64,000 nucleotides of DNA from an uncultured Planctomycetota bacterium (GTDB lineage Bacteria > Planctomycetota > Planctomycetia > Gemmatales > Gemmataceae), in assembly GCA_963849325.1 (NCBI GenBank), contig CAWKHF010000007.1:32001-96000 (forward strand). Reading direction: 5' to 3'. The notes under the pieces were generated by a model that saw nothing but the letters and a program-made list of their open reading frames with translations, ran no database searches and was not told the DNA's origin. Shown here in pieces: positions 32,165-40,577 of this stretch. The position numbers were made by a program, and so were the translations under genes. The first letter of the stretch is position 1. Every line of letters begins with the position of its first letter.

Positions 32165-33502
32165 ATGCCGTCCGATACTCCTGTCCTTCCGCAACCCAAC
32201 GGCGAGCCTCGGCGCGATCCGGGGCTGCCGACCGTGACGCCGCCGACGGGCAGCATGTTCTTCCGCCTTTTCGGCGTGCCGGCGCTGATCGTCGGCGGTC
32301 TGGTGCTGCTGCTCATCCTCGCCCAGCCGTTCCTCGGCAAGGCCAGCAAGTTCCTGGTCGGCCGGGCCTGGGGCACGGCCACGCCGGAGCAGTTCTTGCG
32401 CGACCTGGACGACACCAATGGCGAGGTCCGCTGGCGCGCCGCCAACGACCTCGCCCAAGTGCTGCTCCGCGACGACAACCTCGCCTCCGACAGCGCCTTC
32501 GCCCTGCAACTCGTTCACCGTCTCCGCAAAGTCCTCGACAGCAGCGCCCCGTTCGAGAAGATCCACGCCGAACACTTCGCCAAGCTGTCGCCTCCAGACG
32601 AGGCCGGCGAGTTGAAGAAGCTCGATCCCGACCGCAATTACATTCTGCTCTTGACTCAGTGTCTCGGTCATTTCATGGTTCCCGTGGGGGCGCCCACCCT
32701 CGAAGAGATGGCCGCGCAGGAGAGCGGGCTTGATCCGCGCCCCCTCAACGCTCGGCGGCGGCAGGCGCTGTGGGCGCTGGCCAACCTAGGCGAGAACGTC
32801 AAGCGCTTCGACGAGTTGCCGGCCGAGCAGCAAGCGTCCGTGCAGTCGCAGCTGGAGACGGCCGCCGGCTCCGGCGAGCCGTCCGCCGCGGCGAAGGCCG
32901 CCCTCGACTATCTGAAGCGACGCCAGGAAGGCCGGCCGACTGCGTTGGGCGTGGATCGTGTCATCGAGAAGTGCGCCGCCGCCGAGGATCCGTCCCTGCG
33001 CGAGCTGGCGGCCTTCGTCGCCAATTTCTGGAGCGGCACGCCGGCAGAGAATGCTCGCATGGAGAAGACCTTGCTCCGCCTGTGCGACGACCCCGGCCGG
33101 GGCGAAGAGACCCTGGCCCAACTGGAGGAGGAGAATCGTCAGGAGGAGACGCGCAAGCTGGTCAAGAAGCCCGGCTTCCGCGTGCAGGTCAACGCCGCCA
33201 TCGCCCTGGCCCGCCACGGCTGGAAGGTCCGGCTTGGCCTGCTGCAAACCATGCTCGACATGGACGAGCTGCGGAGCATCTTCGTCTTGCAGTCGAAGAA
33301 GGGCGGCGCGGAACAGCCCGACGAGGCGGTCGTCGTGGAGACCGTCGTCAACGCTCTCAAGGCGGTCGCGGAACTGCACCGCATGGACCCGCGGCGCGAC
33401 CTCTCCAGCCTGCGGCCGAACATCGATAAGCTGGCCCATAACCCCAACCCGGCCGTGAGCACCGAGGCCGGCAAGGTCGTGCTCACCCTGAACCAACCCT
33501 GA
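32165..33502 (+). CDS. Membrane-anchored HEAT-repeat hypothetical protein
   Basis: TM segment LFGVPALIVGGLVLLLIL; RWRAANDLA, RRQALWALANLG, VQVNAAIALAR. Confidence 0.75.
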   Translation: MPSDTPVLPQPNGEPRRDPGLPTVTPPTGSMFFRLFGVPALIVGGLVLLLILAQPFLGKASKFLVGRAWGTATPEQFLRDLDDTNGEVRWRAANDLAQVLLRDDNLASDSAFALQLVHRLRKVLDSSAPFEKIHAEHFAKLSPPDEAGELKKLDPDRNYILLLTQCLGHFMVPVGAPTLEEMAAQESGLDPRPLNARRRQALWALANLGENVKRFDELPAEQQASVQSQLETAAGSGEPSAAAKAALDYLKRRQEGRPTALGVDRVIEKCAAAEDPSLRELAAFVANFWSGTPAENARMEKTLLRLCDDPGRGEETLAQLEEENRQEETRKLVKKPGFRVQVNAAIALARHGWKVRLGLLQTMLDMDELRSIFVLQSKKGGAEQPDEAVVVETVVNALKAVAELHRMDPRRDLSSLRPNIDKLAHNPNPAVSTEAGKVVLTLNQP

Positions 33503-33546
33503 CCCGAGCGAACTCGAACGAGGCGGAAGCAAGGAGTATCCATCCG

Positions 33547-34005
33547 ATGGCAGCGACGCGCGAGCAGATCCTGGACGCCTTGTGCAAGGCGTACAACATG
33601 GAACTGGAGACGGTCACCAACTACCTGGCCAACAGCATCAACCTGGACGGCGTCCGCGCCGACTTCGTCAAGCAGGCCCTCTCCGCCGACATCCAGGGCG
33701 AGCTGGGGCACGCTCAGCAGCTGGGCAATCGCATCAAGCAGCTCGGCGGCAGCGTGCCCGGCAGCCTCTCCCTGAAGATGACGCAGAAGTCCTTGCAGCC
33801 GCGCGAGGACACCACCGACGTCGTCGATGTCATTCGCGGAGTGCTGGAGGCCGAGGAAGAGGCGATCAACCATTACCGCACGATCATCAAGCTGACCGAT
33901 GGCGAGGACTACGTCACACAGGATCTCGCCATCACGCTGCTGACCGACGAGGAAGGGCATCGCCAGCAGTTCCAAGGTTATCTCAAAGAGTATACCAAGA
34001 AGTGA
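33547..34005 (+). CDS. Ferritin-like (bacterioferritin/DPS-like) diiron protein
   Basis: ELETVTNY, ELGHAQQLGNRIKQLGG, EEEAINHY, DEEGH ferroxidase ligands. Confidence 0.9.
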   Translation: MAATREQILDALCKAYNMELETVTNYLANSINLDGVRADFVKQALSADIQGELGHAQQLGNRIKQLGGSVPGSLSLKMTQKSLQPREDTTDVVDVIRGVLEAEEEAINHYRTIIKLTDGEDYVTQDLAITLLTDEEGHRQQFQGYLKEYTKK

Positions 34006-34010
34006 TATGG

Positions 34011-34071
34011 TTAGCCGCGACGCGCAGCGGAGCGCGGGTCTGTCCTGCGCTCCGCTGCGCGTCGCGGCTAA
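34011..34071. repeat. Palindromic REP-like element, family B
   Basis: ttagccgcgacgcgcagcggagcgc ... gcgctccgctgcgcgtcgcggctaa. Confidence 0.95.
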
Positions 34072-34086
34072 ACAAAGGAGGACGGC

Positions 34087-35085
34087 ATGGAAGCAGTCCA
34101 CATCATCGGCGCCGGCGGCATCGGCTGTGCCGTCGGCCATGCTCTTTGCACGATCGGCGTTCCCGTCACTTTCGTGGATGCCGATGTCGCCAAGATCGAT
34201 TGGGGCCGGCGACACGGCGTCGTCGTGGACGGTTTGTCGCCACGGCCCGCCGCCTTCGTCCCTTTCGCCGACTGGCAGCCGTCCGCCGACGCCGTCATCC
34301 TTCTCTGCACGAAATGCTACGACAACGCCGCCGTGCTCGAACGAGTTCCGGCGTCCGTTCGGCTTGTGCCGATCCAGAACGGTTTCGATCCGCTGCTGCA
34401 CTCTCGCGGCCACGCCATTGAGGGGATCGCCTCGTTCGTCTCCGAATGTCTGCCGCAGCGGACGCACACGCGCCTCACGCGCGCCGGCCGCCTGCATCTG
34501 GGCCATCGGTCCTCGGCGAGCGACGATCGATCGGAGTTCCCGGATTGCCTTGGGGTGCTGACCGAGGGCCGGCAGCCGATCGCGGGCGGACGCATCCGTG
34601 TCGAGACGGTCGAGGACATTCTGCCGTACAAGTACACGAAGTTGATGTACAACGCGGCCATCAGTCCGCTGGCCTCCGCCGCCGGCCTGGACAACGGTGA
34701 ATTGCTGCGCCGGCCGCGGTTGCGCGGCCTGTTCTTCGATCTACTCCGCGAGAACCATGCCATCTTGCGGCGTGCCGGCATCTGTCTGGGCAAGGTCGGT
34801 CCCCTGCATCCGTCCACCGTGGCCGCCATCCTGCGCCGGCCGCTGGTGGCGCACGCCCTGGCCTGGGCGTTCTACCCCAGTCTGCGGCGCACCTACTGCT
34901 CAATGTCCGGCGACCTGCCGACCGGCCGCACTGAGATCGATTATTACAATGGACATCTTCTCGAACTGGCCGGCGATGGCCCCTGTCCGCTCAACCGCCG
35001 CGTCTACGCTCTGGTCCAGCGCATGCAGCGCAAGCGCATCGCTCCGCATCCCGACGTCCTGGACGAACTGCCGCTCGCGGCCTAG
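34087..35085 (+). CDS. panE: Ketopantoate reductase family (PanE/ApbA)
   Basis: IIGAGGIG, LCTKCYD, IQNG, KLMYNAAISPL, SMSGDL..GRTEIDYYNG. Confidence 0.75.
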   Translation: MEAVHIIGAGGIGCAVGHALCTIGVPVTFVDADVAKIDWGRRHGVVVDGLSPRPAAFVPFADWQPSADAVILLCTKCYDNAAVLERVPASVRLVPIQNGFDPLLHSRGHAIEGIASFVSECLPQRTHTRLTRAGRLHLGHRSSASDDRSEFPDCLGVLTEGRQPIAGGRIRVETVEDILPYKYTKLMYNAAISPLASAAGLDNGELLRRPRLRGLFFDLLRENHAILRRAGICLGKVGPLHPSTVAAILRRPLVAHALAWAFYPSLRRTYCSMSGDLPTGRTEIDYYNGHLLELAGDGPCPLNRRVYALVQRMQRKRIAPHPDVLDELPLAA

Positions 35086-35147
35086 CGTTCCGCCGCCAGC
35101 GACTATAATGACGGTGTGAACCCTCGGTCTTCCAGGAGAACGCTGTC

Positions 35148-35510
35148 ATGTCCGCGTCCGGGTCGGAACCACTGACCCCGTTGTCCCTCCGCAAAGATGG
35201 TCCCGATCACCTGCTCATCGAGTGGAGCGACGGGCATCACAGCGTCTACACCTGGCAGCACCTGCGGGCCAATTGCCCCTGCGCCGGCTGCCGCGACGAG
35301 CGCGAGAAACCGCCCGATCCTTTCCGCATTCTCAAGCCCGGCGAGCTGGCGCCGCTGGCCCCGCTGCGCATGCCGCCGGTCGGTCGTTACGCCTACAAGA
35401 TCGTCTGGAGCGACGGTCACGATTCCGGCATCTACACCCTGGAACACCTGCGTTCCCTTTGTCAGTGTCCTCAATGCACCGTCCGAGCCGCGAGCGTTAG
35501 CGAGCGGTGA
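35148..35510 (+). CDS. DUF971 (GBBH-like N-terminal) protein
   Basis: [36 protein letters not shown]. Confidence 0.9.
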   Translation: MSASGSEPLTPLSLRKDGPDHLLIEWSDGHHSVYTWQHLRANCPCAGCRDEREKPPDPFRILKPGELAPLAPLRMPPVGRYAYKIVWSDGHDSGIYTLEHLRSLCQCPQCTVRAASVSER

Positions 35511-35541
35511 AGCGAGCGCTCGCTAACGCTCGCGGCTCGGA
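35482..35541. repeat. Palindromic element, family A variant, overlapping the DUF971 3' end
   Basis: tccgagccgcgagcgttagcgagcg ... cgctcgctaacgctcgcggctcgga. Confidence 0.9.
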
Positions 35542-35562
35542 TGGACTACTCGGAGAACTCCC

Positions 35563-36387
35563 ATGCAGCCTCACGCTGGCCCGTCGCAGAAGATCGCCCT
35601 GCCGAACATTCAGAACGTCGTGGCCGTGGCCAGCGGCAAAGGCGGCGTCGGCAAATCGACCGTGGCCGCCAATCTCGCCCTGGCCCTGGCACCGCATCAG
35701 CCCCCGCGTCGGACTGATGGACGCCGACATTTACGGACCCAGCGTGCCGATCATGATGGGCGTCCCCGGCGTCGTCGATCAGGCGACCACGCCGTTTCCG
35801 CTGGAGCGCTACGGCCTGAAACTCATGTCGATGGGCTTTCTGGTGCCGCCGTCGCAGGCGGTCATCTGGCGCGGCCCGATGGTGCATCGCGCCATCACGC
35901 AGTTTCTGACGGACATCAACTGGGGCGCCCTCGATTACCTGGTCATCGATCTGCCGCCGGGCACCGGCGACGCCCAGCTCGACGCTGACGCAGACGGCGC
36001 CGCTGTCCGGGGCGGTGATCGTGACGACGCCGCAGGACGTGGCCCTCATCGACGCGCGCAAGGGGCTGGAGATGTTCCGGCAAGTGCGCGTGCCGGTGCT
36101 GGGCATCGTCGAGAACATGAGCTATTTCGAGGGCGAGGACGGCAAGCGTGTCAACCTGTTCGGCCACGGCGGCGGCCGAAAGCTGGCGTCGGAGGCCGGC
36201 GTGCCGCTGCTGGGCGAAATCCCCATCGACCCGCGCGTGGCCGAGTGCGGCGACCAGGGTCGAGCCGATCGTTCACAAGTATCCCGATTCCGGCGTGGCG
36301 AAGGCGTATCAGGCGCTGGCGGCGACCGTGATCGAACAATTGCGTCGAACCGATAAAGGGCCGGAGCTACCCGAAGTGCAGCTGTAA
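35563..36387 (+). CDS. apbC: Mrp/ApbC/NBP35 Fe-S cluster carrier ATPase; indels
   Basis: [47 protein letters not shown]. Confidence 0.9.
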
Positions 36388-36461
36388 AACGCACCGAGCC
36401 TACAACGCTCCCGTCGTTAGGGGATCGCTGCAGGCTCGGCTCTTGAATGGGAAGGGTCAGG

Positions 36462-36620
36462 TCAATGAGAATGGTGTGGCCGCACCGGCGCGTACCGGCT
36501 TGCCTTGACGGGAGGAGATGACGATTTCCGAGCGGGCCTGACCGAGCGCGATGACCCTCCGAGGATCGGCCCGATGAAACAAGTCCACAAAGCAATGAAA
36601 GCCGCCCAGCGGAATTGCAT
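36462..36620 (-). CDS. Small protein (52 aa) with hydrophobic N-terminus; not in the ORF track
   Basis: MQFRWAAFIALWTCFIGPILGGSSRSVRPARKSSSPPVKASRYAPVRPHHSH; AGGTG upstream; lies behind a sigma54 motif. Confidence 0.6.
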   Translation of the reverse strand: MQFRWAAFIALWTCFIGPILGGSSRSVRPARKSSSPPVKASRYAPVRPHHSH

Positions 36621-36674
36621 GCGACACCTGGACGTACACTCCGGCGCGGCGAGGGGCGAATACCGAAGTCGTTT

Positions 36675-36690
36675 CGCAACTAACGTGCCG
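36675..36690 (-). promoter_or_regulatory. Putative sigma54 promoter
   Basis: Minus strand CGGCACGTTAGTTGCG matches GGCAC-N5-TTGC. Confidence 0.7.
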
Positions 36691-36864
36691 CCCCCGAAGA
36701 GGACGAGCGTGTTGATCTCTTAACTACCTGGAAAATAAAGACCTATCGCACAGTCGAAGGGAAAGGACGCATCGACGAATCCGGGTTGGATGTATCCGGG
36801 ATTTGGCGCGGGAAACAGAGGGAGTGAAGGAAGGGAAACCATTGCTCGCTCGGCTTGGTCCTCC

Positions 36865-38326
36865 TCAACTCTCCGTCTCGTCGCCGCCGGTGATGGTGCG
36901 ATCGATGTGAATGCCGAGGTCGCGGATCTTGGTCCGCAGACTGCCGCGCGTGATGCCGAGAATCTTCGCCGCTTGCAGTTGGTTGCCGCCGGTGTGCCGC
37001 AGGACACGCATCAACAGCAAACGCTCCAGTCGCCGCACCGTCTCGGCGTACAGTTCCTCCGTGCCGGCCTGAAGCCGCGTCTCGATGAACTGCTCCAATC
37101 CCGCATCCCGCGGCGCCGCATCGTCCGTACCGCCGACGTCCGTTTCCTTCGCGACGGCCCCGGTGACACTCGTTGGTAGGAAGTCCGGCAACAGCAAAGG
37201 ACCGGCCGCCTTCAAGAGCGCTTGCTTGAGTACACTTTGCAGCTCGCGCACGTTGCCCGGCCACGGATAGCGTCGCAGCAGCTCCAGCGCCTCGGGCGAG
37301 ACGCCTTGCACGTCCTTGCCCAGCTCGCGGTTGAAGCGGCGCAGGTAGTGACCGATTAGCAGGCATAGATCGTCGCCGCGCATCCGCAGCGGCGGTAGGT
37401 GGATCGTGAACACACTCAGGCGGTAATACAAATCCTGCCGGAATTTCCCGGCGGCGACGGAGGACTCCAGATTAGCGTTCGTCGCCGCCAACATGCGCAC
37501 GTCGGTGCGGATCGTCTCGTTGCCGCCGAGGCGCTCGAACGTCTGTTCCTGCAAAACGCGCAGCAACTTGCTCTGCGTCAGCGAACTCATGGTGCCGACT
37601 TCATCGAGGAACAGCGTGCCGCCGGAACACTGCTCGAACTTGCCGATGCGGCGGCGGTCGGCGCCGGTGAAGGCGCCCTTCTCGTGGCCAAACAGCTCGC
37701 TCTCCAGCAGGTTCTCCGGGATGGCGGCGCAGTTGATGGGCAGAAACGGTCCATTCGCCCGCCGGCTGTGCTGATACAGAGCGCGAGCGACCAGTTCCTT
37801 GCCGGTGCCACTCTCGCCGGTAATCAGCACGGTCACGTCCTGGGCGGCAACGCGGCCGATGGCCTTGTACACCTCCTGCATGGCCGGGCAGGCGCCGACG
37901 ATGGCGTCGGCGCGCTCGTCCACTTCGTCGTCGGCGGCCAGCACCGCCGGCACGTGCATGAGGCGACCGATCGCCAAGGCGCGCTCGACGACTTGCCGCA
38001 GAGTGCTCAGCTCCAGCGGTTTGAGGAGATACTCGTAGGCGCCGAGCTTCATTGCCTCGATGGCGGTATCGGTCGTGCTCTTGCCGGTGATGAAGATGAC
38101 GAGGCTGCGTGCGTCCAGCTCGCGCAGCCGGCGCAGCATCTCCAGGCCGGACAGGTCGGGCAAATGCACGTCGAGGACGATGACGTCGGGCCGCTCCTGT
38201 CGGGCGATGTCCAAACCCTGCGCCGCGGTCTCGGCCGTAAGGACGGTGACGCTCGGGTCGCGGAAAGCCTTGCGAAAGGCCAGCAGGATGGAAGGCTCGT
38301 CATCGACGACCAGCAACGTCGCCCAT
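36865..38326 (-). CDS. Sigma54-dependent response regulator (NtrC/AtoC family: REC-AAA+-HTH); one extra base just after ATG
   Basis: LVVDDE, GESGTGKE, ESELFGHEKGAFTGA, LFLDEV, DLYYRL, WPGNVREL, GNQLQAAKILGI. Confidence 0.95.
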
Positions 38327-38347
38327 GACTCTTCTCTCAAAGAAGCC

Positions 38348-38502
38348 ATCACCACGGAAAACACGGAAAAAGACCAGCACGAGTAGATCATGACAGGCGG
38401 ATGAAGCAACCCAAAGTGTAGCCGCGATATTTGTGGATCGCTTTCTCTCCTCTTGTTCTTTCTTTGTCTTTTTTCCGTGTCTTCCGTGTTTTCCGTGGTG
38501 AT
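38348..38502. repeat. Inverted repeat, family C, between kinase and regulator
   Basis: atcaccacggaaaacacggaa ... ttccgtgttttccgtggtgat with a spacer of about 100 bp. Confidence 0.85.
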
Positions 38503-38510
38503 CGTTTTTT

Positions 38511-39977
38511 TCAAGACGGCAGGGTGAAGGTGAACACGGCGCCGCCTTCGGGGTCGTTCTCGCCGTGGATGCTGCCGCCGTTCGCTTCGAGCAGCCGCTG
38601 ACAGATCGACAGCCCCAGTCCCAGGCCGGTCTCCTTGCCGCTGACGAACGGCTCGAACAGCCGAGCGAGGATCGGCGCGGCGATGCCCGGCCCGCTGTCG
38701 TGCAGACACACCACCACTTGCGGCGGCTCGTCCATCGATCGCACGTCCAGGCGCAGGTCGCCACCATGCGGCATGGCATCCAGGGCGTTGAGCAGCAGGT
38801 TGACCAGCACCTGCTGGATCTGTTCGCCATCGATGAGCAACTCGACCGGATCGGGCGGCAGTTCCGTCTTGACGCGGACGTTCTGCCGGCGAACCCGTCC
38901 CTCGACCAGGGTAAGAGCGCGGCGAACGACCGCCAGCAGGTCGGTACGGCGGCGCTCGGCGCCGGGCGGACGAGCGAAGTCGAGGAAGGTCTGAATGCAC
39001 GCCTCCATGCGGCGAATCTCGTGCTCGATGATGGTCAGGTCTTCCGCGGGCAGGCCGCTCGGCGGTTCGCCTTCCAGGCCAGTCTGCACCAGCATCTTGA
39101 CCGACGTGAGCGGATTGCGCAGCTCGTGGGCCACGCCGGCGGCAACCTGGCCGACCGCCGCCAACTGTTCGGCGCGCAGCACCTCGCGCTCGCGCTGGTG
39201 CAGACGGCGAAAGACCTCCTCGATCTGCTCGCCGATGGCCTGCATCTGGCGATTCAGCGCCGACAGGTTGCCGTCGCCCTCCAGGGTGACCGGACGCAGC
39301 TCGCTGTTGAGCCGGCCGGCCGCGTCGCGGATGCGCACGCTCAACTGGTAGATCGACTGGTGCATCCGCCGCGCCACCGCGTAGCCGAGCAGCAGGCCGG
39401 CCAACGGCGCCCCGATGCCGACGGCCAACAGACCTCCCGTCAGACGATCAACGATGAGGCGATTGGTTTGGTCCGACTCGCTCACCTGCCGCGTGTTGTA
39501 CTCCAGCAGGCGCGAGCAGCGCTGCAACAAATCCTCGTCCAGCCGCAGCGCCAGTCCTCGGTCGAACTCCTCCAGCTCCTCGCGGGAGGTATGGCGCGGG
39601 CGTTTGCCCCACGCCTCCCGGTAGCGCGCCCAGCTCTCGGCCACTTGCCGGACGTGTGCCTTCTCCTCGTCGCTGTTGGCGTAGTCGGCGACTTTTTTCA
39701 ACTGGAGTTCGGCCCGATCGTGATGCTTGGTCAACTCCGCCGTCAGCTGTTCGGGCCGAGAGTGATCGCCGCGCAGCAGGGGAACGAGTTCATCCAGTGT
39801 CGTCTCCAACTCCTTGTCGGCGACGGTGCTGGCCGCGTTCTCCGTCAGGACGTGCGAGACCTGGCGATAGAGGTGGTTGAGGTAGATGGCCCCCAGAGTG
39901 CAGGCGGCGACGAGCAGCAGACTGCCGGCTGCCGCCGCCCAACGGACGACCGTTTCCATGCGGGTAGTAATGACCAC
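38511..39977 (-). CDS. Membrane sensor histidine kinase (periplasmic helical sensor domain)
   Basis: Two TM helices; AHELRNPL, QVLVNLLLNA, DSGPG, FEPFVSGKETGLGLGL. Confidence 0.95.
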   Translation of the reverse strand: MVITTRMETVVRWAAAAGSLLLVAACTLGAIYLNHLYRQVSHVLTENAASTVADKELETTLDELVPLLRGDHSRPEQLTAELTKHHDRAELQLKKVADYANSDEEKAHVRQVAESWARYREAWGKRPRHTSREELEEFDRGLALRLDEDLLQRCSRLLEYNTRQVSESDQTNRLIVDRLTGGLLAVGIGAPLAGLLLGYAVARRMHQSIYQLSVRIRDAAGRLNSELRPVTLEGDGNLSALNRQMQAIGEQIEEVFRRLHQREREVLRAEQLAAVGQVAAGVAHELRNPLTSVKMLVQTGLEGEPPSGLPAEDLTIIEHEIRRMEACIQTFLDFARPPGAERRRTDLLAVVRRALTLVEGRVRRQNVRVKTELPPDPVELLIDGEQIQQVLVNLLLNALDAMPHGGDLRLDVRSMDEPPQVVVCLHDSGPGIAAPILARLFEPFVSGKETGLGLGLSICQRLLEANGGSIHGENDPEGGAVFTFTLPS

Positions 39978-40083
39978 GGCCCCTCAGCAACTCGTCGCGG
40001 ACAGGAACGACAAGGCGGACGTGGTAGGCATTATACCGCAAAGCTCCGCGACTCGGGGATGGACGTTGATCGGCGCGGAGGGC

Positions 40084-40115
40084 AAGAAAAAACCCGCGCC
40101 GGGGGGAGCGCGGGT
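40084..40115 (-). terminator. Rho-independent terminator
   Basis: Minus strand ACCCGCGC-tccccccg-GCGCGGGT followed by TTTTTCTT. Confidence 0.8.
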
Positions 40116-40355
40116 GGGGGAGGGGAGGAAAGCGTTTGGACTATTCCCTCTATCGGCGGATGCGGCGAGGGTCGGTTCGCCGCACCCGCCCGTCCGGACA
40201 AGCCGGAGATTGATGGTCCTTCCGAAACGATGGCGTCGCCCGAGTCCGCCCAAGGGATCGAACGGACCCGGGCCACTACCATGCCGCTCGGGACATCGCC
40301 CGAGCCTCTTCTGTTCCAGCCCCGATTCAATCGCGTGGCGATTGCTGGCTGATGG
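40086..40355 (-). ncRNA. Candidate sigma54-dependent structured sRNA (about 270 nt)
   Basis: Bounded by a sigma54 motif and an intrinsic terminator; several hairpins; no convincing self-contained ORF. Confidence 0.5.
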
Positions 40356-40365
40356 CATAAGGAGA

Positions 40366-40382
40366 AGCAACTGCCATGCCAA
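40366..40382 (-). promoter_or_regulatory. Putative sigma54 promoter
   Basis: Minus strand TTGGCATGGCAGTTGCT (TGGCA-N6-TTGCT). Confidence 0.75.
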
Positions 40383-40482
40383 CTTTCCGCAAGAAAAGGA
40401 CTGCTCGACGTAAGTTCTTGACGGATAAGGTTGACTTGAATCATGAGGTCGAGTCGGCTTCGGAACCGTGCGCGGGAGTAAA

Positions 40483-40500
40483 GCAATTGTTACAAATTGC
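40483..40500. promoter_or_regulatory. Palindromic candidate upstream activator (bEBP) site
   Basis: GCAATT-gttaca-AATTGC, about 100 bp upstream of the sigma54 motif. Confidence 0.45.
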
Positions 40501-40577
40501 CGCAAGGGGGCGTAAGAAATGCAACAATCTGCAAACCCCATTCTTCCCGGCATCATCCCAAACGGTCGGAGTGGCCT

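Noticed and set aside
36505-36723. 72-aa plus-strand ORF and 60-aa minus-strand ORF (36457-36639)
   Set aside because: No protein-like features; the 52-aa minus-strand ORF has better promoter and composition support.
36865-39000. 711-aa ORF suggesting a kinase-regulator fusion
   Set aside because: Artefact of an extra G after the regulator ATG; the upstream part is off-frame kinase sequence plus repeat.
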